Source: Bacteroidales bacterium (GTDB lineage: Bacteria; Bacteroidota; Bacteroidia; Bacteroidales; UBA932). From it: a DNA stretch of 64,000 nt. Below, in pieces: positions 38,362 through 46,545 of this stretch. The notes under the pieces were generated by a model. The model saw only the letters and a list, made by a program, of their open reading frames with translations, was not told the DNA's origin and searched no databases. Position numbers and translations under genes: made by a program. The stretch is taken from positions 102,491 to 166,490 of the forward strand of contig JAFQFD010000038.1 of NCBI GenBank assembly GCA_017415715.1. The letters are read 5' to 3'. Within the stretch, counting starts at the first letter, position 1. The number at the start of each line of letters is the position of its first letter.

Positions 38362-39397
38362 GGTGAACATAAAGAAGGTCATAAAGGATTGGATGCTCCC
38401 GATTGCAATGATTGCCGGAGCATCCATTTATCTTTTATATCATGTGATGCCGGAGCCGGTGCATCGTGCAGGCCCTTTCCTTAACAGGATGGTGAGCATA
38501 ATTCAGCCTCTGCTGATTTTTGCGATGCTTTTCCTGACTTTCTGCAGAATTGAGCCGAAGGAACTCAAGCCGCACAGATGGCATTGGTGGCTGCTCCTGA
38601 TCCAGGGCGGACTTTTCTCCGTTCTTGGTCTGGGTGTTGTCTTGATTTCCAGATATGTCCCTGGAGGGGCGCAGGATGCCAAAGTCCTTATAGAGAGCGC
38701 GATGCTCTGTCTGATATGCCCGACGGCGACAGCGGCGGCGGTAGTGACCCGCAAGCTGGGCGGTGATGTTCCGGGCATCACGACATACATAGTCCTGATA
38801 AATATCCTTGCAGCCGTGCTTGTCCCGCTGATCGTTCCGCTCATCCAGCCTATGGCGGGGATGACCTTCTGGGAAGCCTTCAGTCTCATACTGGCCAAGG
38901 TGCTGCCGCTGCTGATGCTGCCATGCTTCTGCGCATGGCTGGTACGCTACATGATGCCGAAGGTGCACAGGAAACTGCTTCAGTGGGAGGACCTCCCTTT
39001 CAACATCTGGGTCGTTGCCCTCGTGCTGGCTATAACGGTGACTACCAAGGCGATAGTCCGCAGTGACATGAGCTGGTCGCTGATAGGGCTGATGTCGCTT
39101 GTCTCGCTGCTTTGCTGCGCCTTTCAGTTTGCGGCAGGACGCTATGTCGGAGGCAAGTACAGGCCGAGGAGGCAGAATGTGAGTCCCGAGGTGGAGCAGC
39201 GAGGCAGGGAAGTGCGCAAGGTGACGGCCGGCCAGTCTCTCGGTCAGAAGAACACGGTCTTCGCCATATGGCTCGGATATACTTTCATGACCCCGGAGAC
39301 AGCCATAGTAGGAGGCCTGTACAGCATATGGCACAATGTATATAATTCTTGGCAGTTATATAGACATGAACACTTCCTTGATGATGCGAAGTTATAG
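38354..39397 (+). CDS. Bile acid:sodium symporter (BASS/SBF-like) family transporter
   Basis: Many TM helices, CPTATAAAVVTRKLGG, SLGQKNT. Start uncertain (TTG 38354 or GTG 38363). Confidence 0.8.
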   Translation: MNKVNIKKVIKDWMLPIAMIAGASIYLLYHVMPEPVHRAGPFLNRMVSIIQPLLIFAMLFLTFCRIEPKELKPHRWHWWLLLIQGGLFSVLGLGVVLISRYVPGGAQDAKVLIESAMLCLICPTATAAAVVTRKLGGDVPGITTYIVLINILAAVLVPLIVPLIQPMAGMTFWEAFSLILAKVLPLLMLPCFCAWLVRYMMPKVHRKLLQWEDLPFNIWVVALVLAITVTTKAIVRSDMSWSLIGLMSLVSLLCCAFQFAAGRYVGGKYRPRRQNVSPEVEQRGREVRKVTAGQSLGQKNTVFAIWLGYTFMTPETAIVGGLYSIWHNVYNSWQLYRHEHFLDDAKL

Positions 39398-39407
39398 GTA
39401 TTTTTAG

Positions 39408-39415
39408 TATCTTTG
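39408..39415 (+). promoter_or_regulatory. -7 element (TATCTTTG) for purM-purH
   Basis: TAnnTTTG match 26 nt upstream of the purM ATG. Confidence 0.55.
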
Positions 39416-39441
39416 CGCGTCAAATAAAAACCATTCCCAAT

Positions 39442-40611
39442 ATGAGCAATCAGAGATATATGCAGCGTGGTGTATCGGCATCCAAGGAGGATGTGCACAA
39501 CGCCATCAAGAACATTGACAAAGGCATTTTCCCAAAGGCATTCTGCAAGATCATTCCTGACATTCTCGGAGGAGATCCGGAATACTGCAACATCATGCAT
39601 GCAGACGGTGCCGGAACAAAATCATCACTTGCATATCTCTATTGGAAGGAGACTGGCGACCTGAGCGTATGGAAAGGCATCGCGCAGGATGCGCTCATCA
39701 TGAATATCGATGACCTTCTCTGCGTCGGCGCAGTGGACAATATCCTTGTTTCGTCGACCATCGGCCGTAACAAGCTTCTCGTTCCGGGTGAAGTGATCAG
39801 TGCCATCATCAACGGCACAGACGAACTCCTCGCAGAGCTCCGTGAGATGGGTGTGGGAGTATATGCGACAGGCGGCGAGACCGCAGATGTGGGCGACCTC
39901 GTACGCACCATCATAGTGGACTCGACAGTGACCTGCCGAATGAAGCGCAGCGATGTCATCGACAACGCCAACATCCGTCCCGGTGACGTGATTGTAGGCC
40001 TTGCTTCATATGGTCAGGCTACATATGAGAAGGAATACAACGGTGGAATGGGCAGCAACGGTCTCACCAGCGCCCGTCACGACGTGTTCTCTAAATATCT
40101 TGCAGAGAAATATCCTGAGAGCTATGACAAGCAGGTTCCTGAGGATCTTGTCTACAGCGGAGGTCTCAAGCTGACTGACTCTGTGGAAGGATCTCCGATC
40201 GATGCAGGAAAGCTCGTGCTGTCACCTACCCGTACATATGCACCGGTTGTAAAGAAGCTTCTCGATGCGCTCAGACCTGAGATTCATGGCATGGTACACT
40301 GCTCAGGCGGTGCCCAGACCAAGATCCTTCACTTTGTCGGCGACAACATCCGTGTCATCAAGGACAACCTCTTCCCTGTACCGCCTCTCTTCAGGACAAT
40401 CCATGAGCAGAGCGGCACAGACTGGGCGGAGATGTACAAGGTGTTCAACATGGGACACCGTCTTGAGGTATATCTCTCGCCTGAGCATGCAGAAGAAGTC
40501 ATTGCGATCTCGAAGAGCTTCGGCATAGACGCGCAGATAGTGGGCCGCGTAGAAGAGTGCGACCACAAGGAACTCATCATCCGTTCAGAATTCGGAGAAT
40601 TCATTTATTAA
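39442..40611 (+). CDS. purM: Phosphoribosylformylglycinamidine cyclo-ligase (AIR synthase), Bacteroidetes type
   Basis: RGVSASKEDVH, HADGAGTKS, GGETAD, SNGLT, HCSGGAQTK, VFNMGHR. Confidence 0.95.
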   Translation: MSNQRYMQRGVSASKEDVHNAIKNIDKGIFPKAFCKIIPDILGGDPEYCNIMHADGAGTKSSLAYLYWKETGDLSVWKGIAQDALIMNIDDLLCVGAVDNILVSSTIGRNKLLVPGEVISAIINGTDELLAELREMGVGVYATGGETADVGDLVRTIIVDSTVTCRMKRSDVIDNANIRPGDVIVGLASYGQATYEKEYNGGMGSNGLTSARHDVFSKYLAEKYPESYDKQVPEDLVYSGGLKLTDSVEGSPIDAGKLVLSPTRTYAPVVKKLLDALRPEIHGMVHCSGGAQTKILHFVGDNIRVIKDNLFPVPPLFRTIHEQSGTDWAEMYKVFNMGHRLEVYLSPEHAEEVIAISKSFGIDAQIVGRVEECDHKELIIRSEFGEFIY

Positions 40612-40675
40612 CGTCATGCCCGACCTGATCGGGCATCTGATGATACAGAGATTGCCGGTCAAGCCGGCAATGACG
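40612..40675. repeat. Inverted dimer of CGTC-tagged REP-like palindromes between purM and purH
   Basis: cgtcatgcccgacctgatcgggcatct on + (40612-40638) and cgtcattgccggcttgaccggcaatct on - (ending at 40675). Confidence 0.88.
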
Positions 40676-40691
40676 ATTCGAAAAATTATAC

Positions 40692-42254
40692 ATGACAACT
40701 AATATGAGAGCATTATTCAGTGTAAGTGATAAGACCGGCGTAGTAGAATTCGCCCGTCAGTTGGTGGACCTCGGTTGGGAGATCATCGCAACCGGAGGAA
40801 CCATGAAGCTTCTTCAGGAAGCAGGACTTAAGGTAATCAATATCAGCGAGATCACAGGTTTTCCAGAAATCTGTGACGGCCGCGTGAAGACCCTGCACCC
40901 GAAGGTGCACGGAGGCCTTCTTGGCCGTCGTGACCTCGACAGCCACATCGCTCAGCTTAAGGAGAATGGCATCGAGTTCATCGACATGGTATGCGTGAAC
41001 CTCTATCCGTTCAAGCAGACCATTGCAAAGCCTGACGTGACCATGGAGGACGCAATCGAGAACATCGACATCGGAGGTCCTTCAATGCTCCGTTCGGCGG
41101 CAAAGAACTGGAGCGCAGTGACTGTAGTATGTAACCCTGAGAACTATGCAAAGATCATCTCTGAAATCCGCGAGCATGGCAACACCACCAAGGAGACCCG
41201 TCTCCAGCTTTCGGCAGAGGCCTATACTCACACAGCGGAGTATGACATGATGATCGCGACATATATGCGCAAGGCTGCCGGACTTAACGAGAAGCTCTTC
41301 CTGGAGTACGACCTCAAGCAGGGCCTCCGCTATGGTGAGAACCCTCACCAGAGCGCGAAGTTCTACGCTACGCTCGAGACTGTTCCGTTCTCTCTCGCTA
41401 CTGCAGAGCAGCTCAACGGCAAGGAACTTTCATACAACAACATTCAGGATGCAAATGCAGCGCTCAACATCGTCCGCGAGTTCGATGCGCCGTTCTGCGT
41501 AGGCCTGAAGCATATGAATCCATGCGGAGCAGCCATCGGAACAGATGTGGTCGACGCATGGAAGAAGGCGTATGAGGCAGACAAGGTCAGCATCTTCGGC
41601 GGCATCGTAGCTGTCAACCGTGAAATCAACAAGGAGGTTGCAGAGCTCATGAAGCCTATATTCCTTGAGATCATAATGGCGCCAAGCTTCACTCCTGAGG
41701 CCCTCGAGGTGCTCTGCACCAAGAAGAACCTCCGTCTCCTCAAGGTGGACATGTCAAAGGAGGAAGGCGGCCACAATCAGTATGTGAGCATGAACGGCGG
41801 CATACTCGTCCAGGAGCAGGACATCGAGACCAGGACAGTCACAGCAGACATGTGCGTGACCGAAGCGAAGCCATGCGAAGGCCAGCTCACAGACCTTGAC
41901 TTTGCATGGAGAATAGTCAAGCACGTGAAGTCAAATGCGATCGTGGTTGTGAAGAATGGTGCGACTCTCGGTGTCGGAGCAGGCCAGATGAACCGTGTAG
42001 GCTCGGCCAAGATCGCTCTCGAGCAGGCAGAGGCTGCTCTCAAGGCTGAAGGAAAGGACATCAGGAACGAGGCCCTCGTCCTTGGTTCGGACGGTTTCTT
42101 CCCATTCGATGACACAGTGACCCTTGCTGCGGAGTATGGCGTAAAGGCTATAGTTCAGCCGGGCGGAAGCATGAGGGATGCGGATTCAGTCAACAAGGCA
42201 AACGAGTGCGGCATCACAATGCTCTGCACAGGAATGCGTCACTTCAAGCATTAA
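40692..42254 (+). CDS. purH: Bifunctional AICAR transformylase/IMP cyclohydrolase
   Basis: SVSDKTG, GRVKTLHP, IDIGGP, LRYGENPHQ, KHMNPCG, KHVKSNA, SDGFFPF, RHFKH. Confidence 0.98.
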   Translation: MTTNMRALFSVSDKTGVVEFARQLVDLGWEIIATGGTMKLLQEAGLKVINISEITGFPEICDGRVKTLHPKVHGGLLGRRDLDSHIAQLKENGIEFIDMVCVNLYPFKQTIAKPDVTMEDAIENIDIGGPSMLRSAAKNWSAVTVVCNPENYAKIISEIREHGNTTKETRLQLSAEAYTHTAEYDMMIATYMRKAAGLNEKLFLEYDLKQGLRYGENPHQSAKFYATLETVPFSLATAEQLNGKELSYNNIQDANAALNIVREFDAPFCVGLKHMNPCGAAIGTDVVDAWKKAYEADKVSIFGGIVAVNREINKEVAELMKPIFLEIIMAPSFTPEALEVLCTKKNLRLLKVDMSKEEGGHNQYVSMNGGILVQEQDIETRTVTADMCVTEAKPCEGQLTDLDFAWRIVKHVKSNAIVVVKNGATLGVGAGQMNRVGSAKIALEQAEAALKAEGKDIRNEALVLGSDGFFPFDDTVTLAAEYGVKAIVQPGGSMRDADSVNKANECGITMLCTGMRHFKH

Positions 42255-42267
42255 GATATAATTGAAT

Positions 42268-42311
42268 GAATAAGAGAAAAAGCTCCTCGAAGGGAGCTTT
42301 TTCTCTTATTC
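42268..42311. terminator. Bidirectional intrinsic terminator between convergent purH and the VWA gene
   Basis: gaataagagaaaaagctcc-tcgaag-ggagctttttctcttattc, a perfect inverted repeat with A/T tracts on both sides. Confidence 0.9.
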
Positions 42312-43529
42312 TGTATATTCACCTATCAGCCGGACTATCAGTTCGTTGAGTAGCTCGACCTGGTATTGTCCGATGGTCGGCTCTATGTGGTCGTTGCCGA
42401 TGCCGCTGTGGTTGGTGATGAATACATATGTTCCGTCGGTGAATATCGCCATCAGGCGGAGGAGGAATTCCGTATTCTTGTCTATGCCGCTGGCTGCGAT
42501 AGGGATCAGCTTGATGCCGTTTGCTGCATATGTCTCAATCGACTTTCTGATGCTTTCCATGACCTCCTGGTTGTGATGAGGAGGAGCGTCCAGCAGCAGG
42601 AATGCCAGTCTGGCGTAGTTGCCTTCCTCCCACGAAAGGTCCTGCAGCGCCTTCTCCAAGGCAGTGTGTACTGCTTCAGGATAGTCACCGCCGCCACGTG
42701 CTTCCTGCTTCTTGATGAATTCCAGGGTCTTCTTTGGATCGTTGCTGAAATTTTCTGATTTAGTTACATATGCATCTCCTGTGTCTCTGTAGAATAATGC
42801 TGCGGTTCTGAGAGAGAGACCGGCCTGCTGTGCGCTTGCCTTCTGGATTATGTCGAGAAGGTCGGCTTTCAGGAAGTTGATTTCGTCAGACATGGATCCT
42901 GTCGCGTCTACGATGAATGCGATGTCTGCGCTGCGGGTCACAGATGTCTGTGGCGCAGTAAGGAAATTCATCGCTGCCTCTTCTCCTCTGGTGGAAGTCC
43001 TGACAAGCGGAGTTTCATAGGGCTTGCCGTTCACCGAAGCTGTGAATGTCTTTTCTACCTCAATGTCAATAGACGAGTGTATTCCGTACCACAGTTCTGC
43101 AGAACCTTTATTATCTGTGATTGCTGTCCATTCGGGCGTTTCCGAGCCGTTCATGTGCAGACAGACCTTTGCTCCGCAAACAGGCTGCTGAGCCTCGTCC
43201 AGGACAGTTACGGCAAATCTGTCATAGGCATACAGACTCCAGTAATTGAGATATTCATAGAACTTGTTCTCGTTCTGACCGTCCATCAGACCGTTCCAGA
43301 ACGCCCAGTTGTCCAGGTCGTTCCACTCTCCGGCAGTTACCTTTCCTGCCTGCGAGTTTCCGCCCTCGCCTCCCGGCTCTTCTCCCGGCTCTCCGCCTTC
43401 CGGACTTGCATCAGGAGCCATTCCGGTGTCACCAAGTATGGATGAATCCATGTCTGCCACGCTGCATGAACTGATGCAGCAAGTCATTGCCATAGCAGCA
43501 AGAACAGTCACGATGTTAAAGCTTTTCAT
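42306..43529 (-). CDS. von Willebrand factor type A domain lipoprotein
   Basis: Cys-containing signal peptide, MIDAS DATGSM, GGGDYPEAV, LLLDAPPH. Start at MKSFN (43529). Confidence 0.85.
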   Translation of the reverse strand: MKSFNIVTVLAAMAMTCCISSCSVADMDSSILGDTGMAPDASPEGGEPGEEPGGEGGNSQAGKVTAGEWNDLDNWAFWNGLMDGQNENKFYEYLNYWSLYAYDRFAVTVLDEAQQPVCGAKVCLHMNGSETPEWTAITDNKGSAELWYGIHSSIDIEVEKTFTASVNGKPYETPLVRTSTRGEEAAMNFLTAPQTSVTRSADIAFIVDATGSMSDEINFLKADLLDIIQKASAQQAGLSLRTAALFYRDTGDAYVTKSENFSNDPKKTLEFIKKQEARGGGDYPEAVHTALEKALQDLSWEEGNYARLAFLLLDAPPHHNQEVMESIRKSIETYAANGIKLIPIAASGIDKNTEFLLRLMAIFTDGTYVFITNHSGIGNDHIEPTIGQYQVELLNELIVRLIGEYTE

Positions 43530-43554
43530 ATGTCTTTCATTTAAAACCTCACTA

Positions 43555-43583
43555 TAGATGCAATTCAATCCTCAAATGTTGCA
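43555..43583 (-). promoter_or_regulatory. ECF-sigma-type promoter (TGCAAC-N17-CATCTA) upstream of the VWA gene
   Basis: Minus strand reads tgcaacatttgaggattgaattgcatcta, 25 nt before the start. Resembles AAC/-35 and CGTCT-like/-10 ECF promoters. Confidence 0.45.
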
Positions 43584-43648
43584 ATGCCAAACGTGCTGAA
43601 ATCTTGAGGAAAAATATTATCTTCGCATTTCAATCTATTTTAAATCAT

Positions 43649-44959
43649 ATGAAAAAAGTTCTCGTAATTGGTGGAGGTGGACGTGAGCATGCAATTGTTG
43701 ATGCTCTGAGCCGTTCGCCGCAGGTAGGTAAGATTTATTGTGCACCGGGAAATGCCGGCATCTCAGCCCAGGCTGAGTGCGTGGCAATCAAGGATACTGA
43801 TGTGGAAGGCCTCAAGGCATTTGCATTGGAAAACGGTATCGACCTTGCTGTCGTAGGTCCGGAAGTGGCCCTGGCTGCAGGTGTCGTTGATGCATTCAAG
43901 GCTGCAGGACTGAGGATATTCGGTCCGTCAAAGGCTGCAGCCACAATTGAGGCGAGCAAGGATTTCGCAAAGCAGCTGATGGCTAAATACAACATCCCGA
44001 CTGCGGCATTCGAGACTTTCGAGGACTATGATGCAGCTCTGGAATATGTGAAGAAAGGCTCATTCCCGGTAGTTCTCAAATATGACGGACTTGCTGCGGG
44101 CAAGGGAGTTGTCATTCCGGAGACTCTTGAAGAGGCGGAGGAAACACTCAAGGACATGCTTCTTGACGACAAGTTCGGCAAGGGCAAGGTCGTTGTCGAG
44201 GAGTTCCTCACAGGTCCGGAGTTCTCGTTCATGTGCTTTGTGGACGGCAATGATGTCTATCCTATGACCCTTTCTCAGGACCACAAGCGTGCATACGAGG
44301 GCGACAAGGGTCCTAACACAGGAGGCATGGGAGCATATTCACCGGTTCCTATCATTACTGATGAAGACCTTGAATTCTCTCTTGAAAAGGTCATGAAGCC
44401 GACTGCTGCCGCTATGGTTTCGGAGGGCTGTCCTTTCACCGGAGTTCTCTACGGAGGTCTCATGAAGACCCCTCAGGGACCGAAGGTCATCGAGTTCAAC
44501 TGCCGATTCGGCGATCCTGAGACCGAGGTTGTGCTTCCTCGTCTCGATACAGACATATATGACATCTTCTCTGCAGTGGCAGACCATACGCCTATGCCTG
44601 CGATCGAGTGGAAGAAAGAGGTGACAATGGGCTTCGTAATGGCTTCCAAGGGCTATCCGGGCTCATACGACAAGGGATACGAAATCGACCTCTCCTCTGT
44701 CATTTCGAGCGCTCCCTCTGTCATTTCGAGCGCTTCCTCTGTCATTTCGAGCGAAGTCGAGAAATCTCCAGTCAGGATCTACCACATGGGCACATCCCTC
44801 AAAGACGGTAAATACTACACATCCGGTGGCCGCGTACTCATGGTAGTCGGCTTCGGAGCAGACCTCCAGGAAGCTCACGACAAGGCCCTCGCAGCAGTGG
44901 AATCAATTAAATGTGAAAATCTTTTCTATCGAAGAGACATAGGTTGGAGAGTATTGTAA
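43649..44959 (+). CDS. purD: Phosphoribosylamine--glycine ligase, with in-frame repeat-derived insertion
   Basis: GGGGREHA, APGNAG, KYDGLAAGKGV, QDHKR, GPNTGGMG, EFNCRFGDPE, GGRVL, YRRDIG. Start at MKKVL. Confidence 0.97.
   Translation: MKKVLVIGGGGREHAIVDALSRSPQVGKIYCAPGNAGISAQAECVAIKDTDVEGLKAFALENGIDLAVVGPEVALAAGVVDAFKAAGLRIFGPSKAAATIEASKDFAKQLMAKYNIPTAAFETFEDYDAALEYVKKGSFPVVLKYDGLAAGKGVVIPETLEEAEETLKDMLLDDKFGKGKVVVEEFLTGPEFSFMCFVDGNDVYPMTLSQDHKRAYEGDKGPNTGGMGAYSPVPIITDEDLEFSLEKVMKPTAAAMVSEGCPFTGVLYGGLMKTPQGPKVIEFNCRFGDPETEVVLPRLDTDIYDIFSAVADHTPMPAIEWKKEVTMGFVMASKGYPGSYDKGYEIDLSSVISSAPSVISSASSVISSEVEKSPVRIYHMGTSLKDGKYYTSGGRVLMVVGFGADLQEAHDKALAAVESIKCENLFYRRDIGWRVL
44694..44767 (+). repeat. 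In-frame REP-derived tandem array in purD (2 x 21-bp partial copies plus one full copy)
   Basis: cctctgtcatttcgagcgctc, cctctgtcatttcgagcgctt, cctctgtcatttcgagcgaagtcgagaaatct, encoding SVISSAPSVISSASSVISSEVEKS. Confidence 0.92.
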
Positions 44960-44991
44960 AGCTCTCCAACCGTTCTGACAGAGCGCAGCAC

Positions 44992-45027
44992 TGTCATTTC
45001 GAGCGAGCGAAGCGAGTCGAGAAATCT
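44992..45027 (+). repeat. REP-like palindromic repeat between purD and folD
   Basis: tgtcatttcgagcgagcgaagcgagtcgagaaatct (stem ATTTC/GAAAT), ending 11 nt before the folD ATG. Confidence 0.88.
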
Positions 45028-45038
45028 ATATACCCAAT

Positions 45039-45896
45039 ATGGCAAAAATAATATCAGGAAAAGAACTTTCAGTAAAGCTGAAAGATGAAATGAAGGCCCA
45101 GGTTGCCACATTTCCGGAAAAATACGGACGCGTTCCGCACCTTGTGGTGATCCTTGTAGGAGAAGACCCGGGCAGCGTCTCATATGTTACAGGCAAGGCA
45201 AAGGCATCGGAGTATGTCGGCATCAAGAATACGACTATCCGCAAGCCGGACACCATATCGGAGGCTGAGCTCCTCGGCATCATAGAGGAACTCAATGCTG
45301 ACGATACAGTAGACGGCATCCTCGTGCAGCTTCCTCTTCCTAAGCACATCAGCGAGGACAAGGTCATCGCGACGATAGCCAAGGAGAAGGATGTTGACGG
45401 ATTCCATCCTCTCAATGTCGCAGCTCTCTGGCAGAAGCAGGAATGCACTCTGCCATGCACTCCGAAGGGCATAATCAAGATGCTCAAGGTTGCGGGAGTC
45501 GAAATCAAGGGCAAGCGTGCCGTAGTCATAGGCCGAAGCAATATCGTAGGCCTTCCTGTAGCAAAACTCCTCCTTGATGAGAATGCTACAGTGACTATTG
45601 CGCACAGCCGTACGGTTGACCTGCCGACAGTCACACGCAATGCGGAAATCCTTGTTGTTGCCATAGGCCGTCCAAAGTTTGTGACAGCCGACATGGTTTC
45701 GGAAGGAACGGTTGTCATCGACGTCGGAGTAAACCGCGATCCGCAGACAGGCAAGCTCTGCGGTGACGTCGACTATGCCGCGATAGAGCCGAAGGCATCG
45801 GTAATCACCCCGGTTCCGGGAGGCGTAGGTCCGATGACCATCACCTGCCTCATGGAAAACACCATAGAGTGCTTCCTCCGCAAATTCCAAAGATAA
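45039..45896 (+). CDS. folD: Bifunctional methylenetetrahydrofolate dehydrogenase/cyclohydrolase
   Basis: GILVQLPLP, KDVDGFH, PCTPKG, GRSNIVG, DVGVN, TPVPGGVGPMT. Confidence 0.98.
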   Translation: MAKIISGKELSVKLKDEMKAQVATFPEKYGRVPHLVVILVGEDPGSVSYVTGKAKASEYVGIKNTTIRKPDTISEAELLGIIEELNADDTVDGILVQLPLPKHISEDKVIATIAKEKDVDGFHPLNVAALWQKQECTLPCTPKGIIKMLKVAGVEIKGKRAVVIGRSNIVGLPVAKLLLDENATVTIAHSRTVDLPTVTRNAEILVVAIGRPKFVTADMVSEGTVVIDVGVNRDPQTGKLCGDVDYAAIEPKASVITPVPGGVGPMTITCLMENTIECFLRKFQR

Positions 45897-45938
45897 ATTG
45901 CATATGACGAATGGGTGAATTCCCTTCATAGATCTGAC

Positions 45939-46544
45939 ATGAGTTTCTATAGCATCGCTCCTTTTATCAAGAAGTACTATCCTGAATACTATTCAATCGA
46001 GACATATCCTGCGGATAAGTGCGTCAGAATTCTCAAAGTGGAAGACAAGTGGGGTGTCCTGAGTAACTTCGGACGTACTCCTATAAATGTTGATGGCGTG
46101 ACCTTCAAGACCTCTGAACATCTTTTCCAGATGATGAAGTTCAAGGACAGATATCCAGTCGAGCGCATCAGCAACAACATTACTTATGCGGGGAAGAAAT
46201 GCTATCAGGTGAAAAAGACGGCGAAAAGCTATGAGAAGGAGTATAGACGTGATGACTGGGGAAGCATGATCGTCGATGCAATCAAATTCTGCCTGCAGAC
46301 CAAATACGAGCAGTCAGAAGAATTCAGGAAAGCTCTGAATGAGTCTGTAGGCTGTTATATCGTTGAGGATCAGACATCATTCCCGAAGAAGACTCCTGAC
46401 ACATGGGGCGTAAAGCCGGATGGCGACAATCTAGTCGGTCCCAATCTTCTTGGTCGTCTTCTTATGGAGTTGCGTGACAATGGCAGGCTTGAGTATGAAC
46501 TGCCTGAGGATGCGTTGTATTTTATTGAGTTTCTAAAGAAATAG
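45939..46544 (+). CDS. NADAR (YbiA-like) family hydrolase with N-terminal extension
   Basis: LSNF, TSEHLFQMMKF, RDDW, KYEQ, IVE, DTWG, GPNLLGRLLMELR match the NADAR pattern. Start ATG 45939 (or GTG 45915). Confidence 0.88.
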   Translation: MSFYSIAPFIKKYYPEYYSIETYPADKCVRILKVEDKWGVLSNFGRTPINVDGVTFKTSEHLFQMMKFKDRYPVERISNNITYAGKKCYQVKKTAKSYEKEYRRDDWGSMIVDAIKFCLQTKYEQSEEFRKALNESVGCYIVEDQTSFPKKTPDTWGVKPDGDNLVGPNLLGRLLMELRDNGRLEYELPEDALYFIEFLKK

Positions 46545-46545
46545 T

